A stretch of DNA of 64,000 nucleotides from the human T2T-CHM13v2.0 reference genome, Homo sapiens, in assembly GCF_009914755.1 (NCBI RefSeq), contig NC_060932.1; one strand, given 5' to 3'. How positions within the stretch are numbered: position 1 is the first letter of the stretch; every line of letters starts with the position of its first letter. The position numbers and the translations under genes are program-made. The notes below the pieces were generated by a model. The model ran no database searches. It was not told the DNA's origin and saw only the letters and a program-made list of their open reading frames with translations. This document shows positions 30,135-53,774 of this stretch, one piece after another.

Positions 30135-30548
30135 CTTTTTTTTTTTTTTTTTTTTTTTTTGAGACAGGGCTTGCTCTATTGCCCAGGCTGGAGTGCAGTG
30201 GTGCAATCACAGCTCGCCACAGCCTTGATCTTCTGGACTCAAGCGACCCTCCTGCTTCAGCCTCCTGAGTAGCTGGGACTGTAGGCCGCTACCCCCATGC
30301 CCAGCTAATTATTATTATTATTTTTTTCTTTAGAAATGAGATCTCACTATGTCACCCAGGCTGGCCTCAAACTCCTGGGCTCAAGTGATCGTCCTGCCTT
30401 AGCTTCCCAAACTTACAGGTGTGAGCCCCCACACCAGTCAACGCTGTGGTCTTATGCACCTGGTGTCCCCTATGCCCTGAGCAATGATCCTCCTGCTTCA
30501 AACTCCGAAAGTGCTGGGATAACAGATGTGAAGCAGCATGTGTGGCCC
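30135..30548 (-). repeat. AluJ-like element plus a second Alu fragment
   Basis: Poly-T, both arms to ~30440, then an extra left-arm piece at ~30478-30548. Confidence 0.85.
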
Positions 30549-30552
30549 ACAT

Positions 30553-31420
<868 letters not shown>

Positions 31421-31428
31421 CATAAGTA

Positions 31429-31732
31429 CTTTCTTTTTTTTTTCTTTTTTTGAGACGGAGTCTCGCTCTGTTGCCCAGGCTGGAGTGCAGTGGCGCGATC
31501 TCGGCTCACTGCAATCTCCGCCTCCTGGGTTCACGCCATTCTCCTGCCTCAGCCTCCTGAGTAGCTGGGACTACAGGCACCCGCCACCACGCCCAGCTAA
31601 TTTTTTGTATTTTTAATCGAGACAAGGTTTCGCCGTGTTAGCCAGGATGGTCTCCATCTCCTGACCTCGTGATCCGCCTGCCTCAGCCTCCCAAAGTGCT
31701 GGGATTACAGGCGTGAACCACCACGTCCGGCC
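31429..31732 (-). repeat. AluY-like
   Basis: CpG-rich, with GGGTTCACGCCATTCTCC and GTTAGCCAGGATGGTCTC diagnostic stretches. AAGTACTTT on both flanks. Confidence 0.95.
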
Positions 31733-32009
31733 GAATACAAGTACTTTTAAATTAACTCTCCTCTTCTCTCCATCTTCTTCTAAATCATCATTTTTGCCTA
31801 AGCAACAGCTAGGGTCTAATACAGATGTGACGACTCACTTCAAAGTGGGGGAAGCTCCCATGTGCACCCAAACCTCCTGCTGCCTTGGCCCAGGGTTCAG
31901 AGACTGGACCATCATTCTGGAGGCTTGCTGGAGATCTGAGCCAGGGCATCATTCTCTGTTGCCTTTAAACAAAGGCTGGTGCTCGCCCAGGCTCGTGAGC
32001 TCCACCGAG

Positions 32010-32870
<861 letters not shown>

Positions 32871-32896
32871 TCCATTTTTAAAAAATCATAAGCTAA

Positions 32897-33343
<447 letters not shown>

Positions 33344-33640
33344 TAGGTGGGAAGAGGAAAAGTGTCTTGAAGGAAGTAAGTCCCTTCAGATAAGGGAGGG
33401 AGAAGCTTGATCAATATGCAGACTTTCACAGTCCTTCAGTCCTGGGGATACTGGTGGAGAGACAGGTCTTGCCTTATATTTGAGAGTTACCATCCCAGGC
33501 AGAGGCCCTACTTCCACCTTCTTGCAGGTGGGGCTGGGGAGCAAATACTTAGAGGAGAAACGAACACCCTTTGTAAGCATGTGAAAAGTTTCTGGAGTAG
33601 AGAGATGATGAAGCAGGATATTTGGAGTCAACAGCCGAAG

Positions 33641-38550
<4,910 letters not shown>

Positions 38551-39254
38551 TGCTATTATGATTCTTACACAGAGTCCTTTGCTTTCCAGCAGCCTCCTCT
38601 TCCTCCTTTTTAGGTTGGAATCCCTCTATTTTAGTGGCCATTGGGATTCTGAAATGACCAGGTCTTTGTCTCAGAGACCTCACACATGCTCTTCCCTCGC
38701 CTGGAACACTTTTCCTTCCTCTGGTCCCCTGAGATCTCTTTCAGCTCAACTGCCCCATGCTCAGAGACCCCCTTTCTGTCTCTCTAGTTTGAAACCAGTT
38801 TACGCCTGTAGTCTGTGCCTGGAAAACTCGTTTTCCTCCTTGATGCCTCCTGAGTTGTTACAGGATGTATGTGCCTGTTTGGGTGTCTGGTGTCTGTCTC
38901 CCCGACTGGACTGTATGCTCCTGGTGAGCTGGAGGGACTGGACTAGCACAGGCCAAGGCCCTGGGGCTTGAGGGAGCAGGGCAGAAGGCACAGGCAAAGG
39001 CCTTTGTGATCCGGAAGGAAGTGAAGGAGAGGGAGAGAGATGAGAGAGGCTGGCAGAAGATAGGCCAGGGGCCAGGCTGTGTGGGATCTTTTGGGCCACA
39101 GAAAGACATTTGAATTCTTATGTAAGAGAACCAAGACACCATTGGAAGGTATGAGTCACCTCATCTAACTGAGCTCTGTAAATGTCAGTGTTTTATTATT
39201 TTTATACAATTATTTAAAAGTGATTTTAGTTATTTACCTTTTTATTTTTATTAC

Positions 39255-39860
<606 letters not shown>

Positions 39861-39969
39861 GCAACCTCAACCTCCCTAGAGCTGACCGAGCTTTTGCTTC
39901 TTATCACAGGGAATGACGGACGCTGGGGATTTGATGGGCATCGGGTGAAATGGGCAGAGTGGCGCTTAC

Positions 39970-40215
39970 CTGTGATGGCAGTGAAGTGGGACGGGGAGGT
40001 CATTGTCACAAGGGGCGGCATGAGGTACTTGGCCTTGACGCCCTCCCTGGCCAGATGGTCCAGGTTGGGGGTGTTCACATCCTGATCCTAGTCCCAGCGG
40101 AAGCCCTGGAAGGAGATCAGCAGCAGTTGTGAGTGCTCTTCTTCCCTGCGAGGGGGTGGCCGCCCAGCAGGACAGGCGGTGGCAGCAGCAGCTGGAGGGC
40201 GCCGAGTCATGTCAT
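39970..40215 (-). pseudogene. ENPP7P: Exon 1 of an unprocessed ENPP7-like pseudogene (alkaline sphingomyelinase family, ENPP7P group)
   Basis: Translates as LLLISFQGFRWD*DQDVNTPNLDHLAREGVKAKYLMPPLVTMTSPSHFTAITG and ends at AG|GTAAG (39969). ENPP7 as I recall reads LLLVSFDGFRWNYDQDVDTPNLDAMARDGVKARYMTPAFVTMTSPCHFTLVTG. In-frame TAG at 40088-40090. Confidence 0.9.
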
Positions 40216-40503
40216 CCCACAAGCACCTGTCATGCACTCCTCACAGTGTTCATGGGCTTCTCCCTCTTTAGTCCGTTGTTAAACAAAGTCCGCATTAGTA
40301 ATTCAGCCCAGCTCTGTTGTGGGACAAACAACCTGGAGTGTAGCAAGGTGCTGCATATTTGCAGGACAGTATGAAAGCGTTCTGGAGATGGATGGGGGAC
40401 ATGGCTGTACAATGTGGGGGATGCACTTAATACCACTGAATTTTTCCTTTGAAAATGGCTAAAATAATAGATTTTGTATGTATTTTACCACAGTAAAAAA
40501 TCA

Positions 40504-41736
<1,233 letters not shown>

Positions 41737-43769
41737 TTGTGGTATAATATATGCAACATTTATCATTTTGTGCATCTGAAAGTGTACAATTCAGGGACAT
41801 TTTGTACATCTATCATGTTGTGCAATTATCACCACTACCTAGTTTCAGGGCTTTTTCAACACCTCAGTTGGAAGCCTCATATCCATTCAGCAGTCACTCT
41901 GCATACTCCCTCCTGCAGCCGTTGGAAACCTCTCATCTACTTTCTATCTCTGTCGATTGGCTTAGTCTGAACATTGCATATAAATGGAATTCTACAATAT
42001 ATGACCTTTCATGTCTGCTTCTTTCACTAACCCTAACGTTCATCCATATCACAACATGGATAAGTTTTATTTTCTTTTTAGACCCTATCTAAAAAGAAAA
42101 AAAAATTTGTAAAACAAAAATAAAAACAAAAAAATATATAGGATGGAGATCAGATGAGTCCTGAAAAGTTTATAATATTTACTATCTAGCACTTTACATA
42201 GAAGCTTGCCTACCTCTGAAAGATAGGCAGGTACAGAGATGACATTTATCTTGACACTTATAGAAAGACCTATAAATTGTATAAAGACATCATCATTGGA
42301 TCTCCAGTAACAAGAACTGGCAAGACATGACAGTGTGTCCAGGTGTTCAGGTGAAGTGTAGGGAAGGTCTTGTCTTGACGAGGTCGGATGTGAGACCCAG
42401 ATGAGATAACCCCATTTCCCCTGCTGAAATTGCCTGAGAATTTCATTCCAGTTATTTGCGTAGTTTGATTCTTTCGGTGGGGGTGGGGGTGGGTGAGGAG
42501 GTGGGTGAGGAGGCCGAAGGTCATATCTCAGCTCTGCAACTCATTATCTATGATGCCTTGGGGCAGGTCCCATAACTCTCCAAGCCTCTGTTATATATTC
42601 CATAGGGTTGTGAGGTTCAGATGAAATAATGCATGCTGGCAGGAATGGTTACTGCTCATGGGATTTCCATCTGCTCCCTGTATTCCCCAGACCCCCGTAG
42701 TTAGATGGATCCATGCCAGGGTCCAATGCTCTATAAGTGGAAGTCACTGACATCACCTCTAGTCTACAGCTTTTGAGGGCTTGGAAATAACTATCTCATT
42801 CTCTCATCTCCTGGTGCAGTAACTAGGGGAGAATCCTTACATTAAGATGGTAGAATTTCCATCATTCTAGGTCTTTGAGTGGCCATATGGAGCACACCAT
42901 ACCCAGCCAACCCATTGTGGACATGGAATGTAAGAAATCAACCTTGGTTGCTAAGCTGCTGAGACTCTGGGGTTAATTTGTTACTGCAGCATAACCTAGT
43001 CCATCCTGATGCATGTAGCATGCAAACCACTTATGTTGACCCTTAGTCATGGTCAGTGCTCCACAGATGTTGGTTACTTTTGGTAGGAAGATAGATTGCC
43101 TCTGAAAGTTTTGTTAGCTGATCTCATGATGCCAATGTTGCTATTTTGTAATTGGATAAATTGGACTTGGCTCTCTTTCCAGCATGTGGGAGAGAAAGAT
43201 GACTGAGAGACAATAAGGCACTATTATCTTCAGTTTCTGTCCTTGGATACCCTTGGTGGCAATGAACAATGCATGCCCCTCTGAGAAAGCTGGACCTAAA
43301 GGAGAATGGGAGGTGATACCAGAATTGGGAAAGTCCAAGGCCCCAGGCATTCCCTGGTCTGGAGACAACTTTGAGTCCTTGGTGGGAAGATTCTCCAAGG
43401 GAACATAAATGCTTCTACTATCTAGTTTGTCTCTTTGAGAATTAAAACTTTTTTTTTTTCATTCCAGTAGCTTTTGGGGTACAGTTTGGCTCTTTGAGAA
43501 TTGCATACTAATTAATTTTAGGGGCCATCTGTACACATCTCTATATTCCTGAAACATGGTAGAAACAGCCAGCAGTCAGGCGACAATCTACGATGACCAC
43601 TAAAATATCCCCAAAGTGAAACACTAGATGTGATCCACTAGGTTTAGTGGAGGTGGCTGGCTCGAGAGTTGATTATATTTATTATTGTCACTGTGGTGAT
43701 TATGGCCACAACATTGTCATGCGTGTTGGTCTTCTTTTGGTGAGTTTCAGTTTGGAAGGAATAAATCCA

Positions 43770-44083
<314 letters not shown>

Positions 44084-44739
44084 TAATACTCCACCATGAC
44101 ACGCAGGCTTGTGGGTCCCAGAGATCCAGAAGCATCTCCCGACCACAACATCCTGACCCAGATTCTACTGAAAAATACGCGAGTCTAAGAGAGCCATCTC
44201 TGACACTTCCCTTCTTTTGAATGGCTGATCTGTCAGTCCTGGGGAGCCCTTATGAAAGTGCAGTGTGTTTTGTGAAACTTGAGGTTGATCAAAGAATACC
44301 ACTTTGTTAAGAAATCTACATATTGATGACATATGCAGTGGGGTGGAGGTGGGGAAATTCCCAAATACATTTTAGGAATTATCTCAGAAGGAGGTAATAG
44401 TCAGAACTCTTGGTTGTCAGTGACAGAAACTCATCTTACTAGTGTGGAGTGGAAAAGGGATCATGTTTTTCTCTGCACTCCCCAACCCCAACCCCAAGCA
44501 GATCCTGAAAGAGGGACAGGATTGCAAGTGGATTATTTAGGAGATGATTCCAGGGGACACCAATAGGGGAGTGAGGAATTGATTCATGGAAAGGTAGGAG
44601 GCCACACAGGGGGCTTCAATGAGCAGCTTACCACTCTAGGCAACTAGGATTTGACCCCACTGGGGACCTCTGAGAGGTGATGTGGAATACATTTCAAAGT
44701 TGTTCCATCCAGGGGGCAAAGATATTGAAGCATTTATAG

Positions 44740-45371
<632 letters not shown>

Positions 45372-45687
45372 TGATTAACTTGGTCTAGTTCCAGTTTGGA
45401 AAAATATTCAAGGGAAGAATTCTGATTGGCCAATTTAGGCCAGATGCTCATCCCTGGACCAATCAACTGAGGCCAGGGAGGTGGAGTCATTTGAGAACAT
45501 GGCAGCCCCCATGAGATCCACATGACTGGAGTAGGAAGTGTGACTCTCTATAGAGGGGAGGGCTGCTAGGCTGAAAAGGCAATAGATGTCTGCAGTGAAA
45601 GGAATAGATCAGGAGATACATTCTGTTAAACCTGTTAATTATTTGAAAAAAAGAGAAACTTTCAATATACTGTCACAGTATACGTGA

Positions 45688-45938
45688 GCCGGTGGCTCAC
45701 GCCTATAATCCCAGCACTTTGAGAGGCTGAGGTGGGCAGATCAGAGGTCAGGAGTTCGAGACCAACCTGACCAACATGGTGAAACCCCGTCTTGTGCACC
45801 TGTAATCCCAGCTACTCAGGAGGCTGAGGCAGGAGAATTGCTTGAACCAGGGAGGGGGAGGTTGCATGAGCTGAGATCATGCCACTGCCCTCCAGCCTGG
45901 GCAACAGAGTGAGACTCCTCAAAAAAAAAAAAAAAAAA
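45688..45938 (+). repeat. Alu lacking its central linker
   Basis: GAAACCCCGTCT is joined directly to TGTGCACCTGTAATCCC. Confidence 0.85.
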
Positions 45939-46221
45939 GTTACATTGTCGTTCCCCCAGCGTGATTTATCAGAAAGGAAAAACTTACAATATGCATATTT
46001 CCTATGCATAGGCTACTGCTATGAATTGAAATTCTTAAATTCCAAAGATTAATTAAAATGTTTCTCAAGACACATAAACTGTTAGAATCTGCTTATAATG
46101 AGGCTGAAGTTGAGTAAGAAGAGAACTGGCATTTAGGACGCTACTTTTCTTCTGTCGAGTACTGTCAAGTTTTGGTTCTGCCTGGAAGTAGATGCACCTC
46201 AAGGGAGGGTTGCATGTAAAG

Positions 46222-46223
<2 letters not shown>

Positions 46224-46258
<35 letters not shown>
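46224..46258. repeat. (TG)n microsatellite
   Basis: About 17 units. Confidence 0.95.
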
Positions 46259-46259
<1 letters not shown>

Positions 46260-46427
46260 TAGTTTCCAAAGATGGGTACAACTTTCTGCAAATGTTCGTG
46301 CAGTATAATTGAACCAATCTTTCCTTAAAGAGGGAAAATTTATACTCCTCTACATGAATCTGGGCTGCCTATGACTTGCTTTGGTCAGTGGAATGCTGCC
46401 AAATTGATGGTGACCAACTTCTAGCCG

Positions 46428-47198
<771 letters not shown>

Positions 47199-48174
47199 AT
47201 AGTCTTAGGCCTTGAGAGCCCTCTCGTAGTTTCCATATTTTTGCCCTCTTGGATGCTGGCACCAAGCAAACCTTGGCTATCCTGCTTAAAGGGACATTTG
47301 GAGAGGGGCTCTGGAGGGCGAGGGGCCACATGGAGGAAAACAAGGTTCCCCGGCTGACAACCAGCACCAACTGCCAGGCACATGCATGAGGCCGTCCTGG
47401 ATGCTCCGCCCAGCTGGCCCTCCAGCTGCAGGTAGCCACACAAATGAGCCCAGGTTAAACCAGCCAGGAAGTCCCCATGCAACTCACAGGGTCATGAGCA
47501 ATAATGGCTTCTGGTGGTTTAAAGTTTCTAATTTTAGGTGCAATAGGTAACTGAAACAGCCCACAAGGGTGTGAGCCTGTGGAGGGTGCATTTCCCACCT
47601 GCTGAAGCTTCTCAATTCCCAGGATCCAATCCAGATAAGACTCTTGTTCTCAGTGTCCTTGATGGAAATGGCAATGAACTTTTTGCAGATTGGACCATCT
47701 CGGGAATCCCAAAGATCGGAAACTATTTTCTTTCTCAGAATCTTCCACAAAGCATTGAGCCTTAGGAATTTCTAAGAAGGATCTGGAATGAAAAAAAATC
47801 TTTTGAAAAGGTATTTGTATAGCTTCAGTTCAGCAAGATTCATGGTGGGTGTTAGAGTAAGTGCTGGTGTTAAGCCAAGCCATGTTTTTCAAAGACTCAT
47901 CTGGCCTCAACGTTGGCAGGATCAGAGTGGCCTCCCAGGATCTATCACATCCTCAGAAGAGTTGGTTCAACTGGCATGTACCCAGATCTCTTTGAGCTAG
48001 TATGATACTCCCTTAAGTCAAAGGCTGCCACATCACATCTCCTTTAAGTCCCCCTAAGTATGACCCCAGAAGTATTGACAAAATAGTGCAATTCCTGAAG
48101 ATTTCAGGAGGACATAAATGAAGAGACTAAACTGCAAGGTACCAAAACTTCCATCTTTGCTAAAGACCCTCATC

Positions 48175-48478
48175 CAGACTGGGCACGGTGACTCACGCCT
48201 GTAATCCCAGGAATTTGGGAGGCCAAGGCGGGTGGATCACCTGAGGTAGGGAGTTCAAGACCAGCCTGACCAACATGGAGAAACCCCATCTCTACAAAAA
48301 ATACACAATTAGCCGGGAGTGGTGGTACATGCCTGTAATTCCAGCTACTAGGGAGGCTGAGGCAGGAGAATCGCTTGAACCTGGGAGGCGTTATGTTGCG
48401 GTGAGCTGAGATCGTGCTATTGCACTCCAGCCTGGGCAACAAGAGTAAAACTCCATCTCAAAAACCAACAAACAAAAA
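48175..48478 (+). repeat. Alu (Sp-like)
   Basis: CCTGACCAACATGGAGAAACCCC, with CCCTCATCCA / CCCTTATCCA flanks. Confidence 0.92.
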
Positions 48479-48735
48479 GCCCTTATCCAATGGTCATGCC
48501 ACTCTATCTGGCCATGTAATTTCTCCTCCTGTCTTTCTGTAGCAACAGCCTTCTGAAGAACCTCACTCTGCCTTTCAAAACCCCTTCAACTTGTACCCTT
48601 CATCAGCAAAGTACTTAGCTCAACATGTATGCCTCTGGGGGTACTCATCCACTTGCCATTTAAGGATGTTTCCAGCATCATCATCTTCACTACCCCAGGA
48701 TGGCATTTTAGAGTGGATTACGTGCCTGCTGGATG

Positions 48736-49287
48736 TGTTGTACTTGAACGAGCTAGAGAAAATGCCACACTTTAAGACGAATTAAGAGTCTGTTCATTTA
48801 GCCGGCGGCTAAGAAATGGCTAACGTTTAAAGTTCTCTCGGCCTCGAAGAAGGGGCTAGATTTTCTTTTATACTTTCGTTTAGAAAGGGGAGGGGGGTCT
48901 AGTTAAAACAATTTTACAGAAGTAGGCAAAAAAGTTAAAAGGATAAATTGTTGCAGGAAAGTAAACAGCTCTAGGTCTAGGGGCTTTAAGACTATTATGA
49001 GGTGATAGACGCGGGGCTTTGGGCGTTATCAATTGGACGAATTCCTGGGAACTGCGGATATTGCTCACCACAGTATCTTATCAGTTAATTGCATTCTTCG
49101 ATGTGCTGGGCGTCAGCTTGCACAAGTTAAGTCCTTGAGGAAGGGGCTGTCAGTGAAAGAGCCAAGGTGGAGTCTGTCTGCCTCTCTTAGCTAAGGGAGA
49201 GTCAATTCAGGTGGAAACAAGGCTAGGTGATTAAAAGAAAGGGAGAGTCTAAGAACAGGGTTAGTAAAAACAAGGTTGGGCATTACA
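48736..49287 (-). promoter_or_regulatory. 3' LTR (LTR6-type)
   Basis: Reverse complement starts TGTAATGCCCAACCTTGTTTTTACTAACCC and ends GTACAACA. Confidence 0.88.
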
Positions 49288-49329
49288 TTCCTCACTTGTA
49301 TTTTTGGGGAATCAAATCGTTGATTCTTC

Positions 49330-52300
49330 AGTTATAACGAGGGGGTTATTTTGAGTCTTAAGATACATAAGTTTGACAGAAGGTATACGTTGTTTTACAA
49401 AATTAATAAACTAATTTAATATACAAGGTCCAAAAATTAAACTTAATAGTAGGATGGGGAGGGGGTCTGGCTAACTTAGTAATTAGAATAGTTAGCTCTG
49501 GGTTCTAGTTGAACATGCTTTGATACTAGGGGATGTTATTTTCTTGTTCTTGTTGGCGCTTATCTAGATTTTCTTGCACTTTCTGGAGTGTATCTTTTAT
49601 GCCTAAGAATGGTGGAGGAACAGTTGAATCAACTTTCTCAGGGTGTTTCTGGAACATAGGGTTACTTAGATCAGTTAAAGGCCTGATTGGCTTGGGTGGG
49701 CTTTATGAGACTAGGTTTTTTTTGGATGGTGAACATAGACTTAACATTAAATCCTGGGATATAAAATCTTAATCTTCATGACATGCCATGATACTGTTGT
49801 GTTGAATTAAGGTCATGGACAGTTATAGTAAGAGGATTACAATTTCTTCTAGTATATAATTTAGGATGAGAAGCAGGACTTATGGAAAGAGTTGAAGATC
49901 TGGTTGATCTTTTAGAGCAGGTGGCTAAAGTTACACATGTCTAATCAAGACAGGAAAACTGATAAGTATCTTGACAGCTAGCATCAGGGTGATTTCTAGG
50001 ACAGAGGTAAAAGTAAATATTTTGGAGTCTTTTTTCTGCACTTTTGGAGCTTCTACACTTAGTTTGGCTCTTGGAGTGTCTGAGTCTTGCTGCAAAGTCG
50101 ACACTTCCTGCTCCTGGAACTGGCAGATTGTGTTGCTTTTCGTGGGTATGGGCTGGCTTTGGGAAGAGTACAAATAAGTCAACTGCAAAGGACACTTCCT
50201 TGGAGGTACTGGCCTTCTAAGTGGTGTTTGCAAGTACAAGTCCTGTTGTGAAAGAGGTGAGGAGAAAGGAGTAGGAAGGCACAGAGGATGTAACGGGCAA
50301 AAACAAGTGAGTGAGGTAGATAAAAAGAATGAATCTAATGGCTTCACCTGACTTAGGTGCAGTTTTAAGGGGCCTGACTTAGGCTTGGGGACTTATGTTT
50401 TTAGTTGGACTCTGTTGGCCTTTTTGATGCGGGAGTGATGAATGTAAGCAGGAATGCCATCTACTTTCAGAGCCATTGGAGTCGTGAGGATGACGTTGTG
50501 AGGTCTTTTCTAAGCAGGAGTGAGTCTTTCTTTTTGGAACTTTTTAACAACACTAGGTCTCCTGGCTGGAACGAATGGCAGGACTTTGGTCAGGAATTGG
50601 ATTGGGATGGGCTCCTGGAACAAGTGGCAGGATAATATCTTGTACCTGTTGGAGAGACTATAGGTACTGTAATAAATTAGTTTGTGATATTTCTGCTAAT
50701 TTGGCATCTCTTAGCTTAGGCAAGATAGGCGGTGCCTTATTATACATAATTTCAAAAGGTGAGAAATTAGCCTGGTAAGAGGTGCACCTTAATTTAAGTA
50801 GGGCTAAAGGAAGGAGACTTACTTAATTTACACTGTTTTTTTAAGATTAATTTTATAAGAGTGTTTTTTAGGGTGTGGTTCATGCGTTCTACTTGCCTGG
50901 AGCTCTGGGGTTGATAGCTACAATGGAGCTTCTGTTGAATGTTTAACGCCTTACTGACTGACTGAGCTATAGGCGAGGTGAAGGCTGCTCTATTATCAGA
51001 CTTTATGGCAGCAGGCAGCCTATATTGAGGGATGATTTCATTGAGTAAAAACTTAACTACTATGTTGGTGGTTTCGTTTTCGGTAGCAAATGTCTTAGTC
51101 TATCTGGAGAAGGTGTCTACTAGTACTAGAAGGTATTTGTACTTAGCCTGGTGTGGTTTGACTTCTGTAAAGTCAATTTCTTACTTTTTTCTTGGCGACT
51201 TTTTTCAGAGACAGTGGCCTGGGCTGGGTTTAGGACTTTGTTTGGCATTTACTTGGGCTCAGGTTGTGCACTGGAGAGCTGCTTAATCTTTAGGCTTTGA
51301 AGACCGGGGATCTTAAAATGGCTCTGGAGGAGCTGAGGTAGCTTTGCTCTTCTTAAATGGGTGATAGACTGTACGTAACTGGTTAAAGTTTGTTTAAGAG
51401 TTCAGGGTATGAAGATTCTAGAGTCAGGAAGAATCTACTAACTTTCCTGATTTTTATTGGCTCTGAGATCCGAAGCCAGTTGTTGTTGTTGTTGAGTATA
51501 CGGGATTGTCAGGCAGATCTGGCTGTGGAAAGGAGACTGTGGGCAGCAAGTTTAGAGGCGTGACTGAAAGTCTTGCTGCGACCTGAGCTGCTGAATCAGC
51601 TTTCTGGTTACTATGGGCCACAGCCGTGTTTTCTTTTTGATGTCCTTTGCGGTGGATCACAGCTACCGGCTGAGGTGAGTAGCCTGCTTTCCTGGTAGAT
51701 GGCTTTATGTACATGCACAGCAGCAAAGGCGTACTTGCTGTCAGTGTAAATGTTAATAAGTTTATTCTTACTTTATTGGAGAGCCTGAGTGAGGGCGATC
51801 AATTCAGCCTTTTGTGCTGAGGTGTTCGCTGGTAAAGCTTGAGCTTACAACAAATGTGTCTCCGTGGTAACAGCTGCACTGGCTCTTCATATTTCCTGCT
51901 TGAGGAAGCTGCTACCGTCTGTGAACACGGCGGCATCTGCCTTTTCTAGGGGCACAGCTTGAAGATCAGATAGGCCAGTTTCGATAGTTTCTAACAGTTC
52001 TTGACAGTCATGAGCAGGAATAGTGGAGTCTGAGTCAGGAAGTAGTGTAGCTGGATTGAAACACTTTGTGGGAGAGAAAGTCAAACGAGGCTGATCTAAC
52101 AGTAAACTTTGATACCGCAAGATGCGAGCATTTGACATCTATTTGCCAGAAGCATTTTGTAGTAAGGTCTTTACGGCGTGAGGAGCTGTAAGGGTTAAAT
52201 TTTGGCTTAGAGTTAACTTATCAACTTCTTGGGCCAGGCTTGCTGTAGCCGCTAAGGCTCGAAGACAACTTGGCCATCTAGAGGCCACAGGATCTAGCCT

Positions 52301-52430
52301 CTTAGACAAATAGGCCACTGGGCGGCTTTAGGGTCTTAAAGTCTGAGTAAGCACGTCTTTAGCAACTCCTTGGCTTTTATGGAGATATTAGGGAGGGCTA
52401 AAGCAGGGGCTTCAGTTAATGCTAAATTAA
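49330..52430 (-). pseudogene. HERV-S71 pol (connection, RNase H, integrase) and truncated env remnants
   Basis: APALALP, MSNARILRYQSLLL, FTDGSS, HRKGHQ, IDFTE and SDN-type motifs. An env SU N-terminal piece is joined to a TM C-terminal piece. Confidence 0.82.
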
Positions 52431-52431
52431 C

Positions 52432-53774
52432 GGGCTACTTCATTCTGTACTTCTTGGATAGCTGCCACTAAGATTTTTGTTTGTCTTCTGAATGCTTTAT
52501 CAGCTGCCTTTCCAGTTGCCTGTGTTGCTTTTGTTTTTTAAGCTTTTGATTATCAAAAACTTTTTGGGCTATTTCTAAAAGCTGACTGATATTTATTCTA
52601 GAAAATCTTTTTAGTTTTTGGAGTTTCTTTTTAATATCCTGGGCTGCCTGAGCCACAAATGCTAAATTAAGAGCAAGGCTATTTTCGGGAGCTGCCGGGT
52701 CAAAAGGGGTGTAAATCCGATAAGCCTCCTGGAGGCGCTCTAAAACGTTCTTGGTGACTTATCGGGCTTTTGGACAACGTCGGTCGTCTTAGACAAGTTG
52801 ATGGGTTTCTGAGAGGCTCTTTTAATACTTGCGAGGAGATACCGGTGAAAATCGTCTAAAGCTCCCTTTCTACTTGAGGAATGTGGGTCCTGGTTAGGCT
52901 GGGTAGAGGGAAAGACATCCTCAAGGAGGTCTCTAGCTTCTTCTTCCGGTCCGTTGGCTGATGTGAGGAAGTACTTTTTGGCTTCTTTTTGGATACGTTC
53001 CTTCTTTTCAGAGGTGAAAAGGGTTAAAAGGAGCTGTTGGCAATCATCTTAGGTGGGCGGGTGGGTCCGGAGTACAGACTCTGTCAGAGAGGTCAAAGCC
53101 TGGGGCTTTTCAGAGAAGGGAGGATTATGGGTTTTCTAATTATATAAGTCAGAAGTAGAAAAAGGGACACAAACTAAGAAGGGTGCTGAGCGCTCGTCAC
53201 CTGGAGGGACTTGTGCCTCTCTCAGTGGTAGTAGAGGGACTACTTCTTCCTGCCACGGTCATGACTGACAGGCAATGGGTGGCGAGCCTACAGGGGATGT
53301 CGTCGAGGAGACATGGGATAACTTTAAGGGAGAAGGTTGGTTGTAAGGCGGTGGGATTGGGTGAGGGGGACTCTCCTCTTCTTCAGAGGGAGGCAGTACA
53401 GGGGAAGCTGAACCGACTGAGGGTTGAGGCGAAAACGCGGTCTGGCTTAGGAGGACCTTGGAGGTAGAATTATGAATGGCTCATGAACGGAGCCATGGAG
53501 AGTGGATCCTGACTAAACGTAGCTAATGTAGGGAAACTGATCAGGGTGACTAGGAGTTTCAGTAACAACCTGCCACACAGCTTGAACAATTGTGAGGTTC
53601 AATGACCCTTCAGGGGGCCACTTGACTTTAAACTTTGGCCATTTTATTTTGCAGAGTGTCTGGAGCTTGCCTTTTTTAGGCGGACTTTATAATCCTCTGA
53701 ACTGAGAGAAAAATTCTGCAGCATACATTGGAGAGGGCTTTAACTTTACAAGGCTGGGAGGAAGTGTTTCTTAT
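52432..53774 (-). pseudogene. gag: HERV-S71 gag remnant
   Basis: Capsid motifs DLYN*KT, PT*DDC, YTPFDP and AQAAQDIKKKLQKL. The expected ATG-GGA start reads ATA-AGA. Confidence 0.85.
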
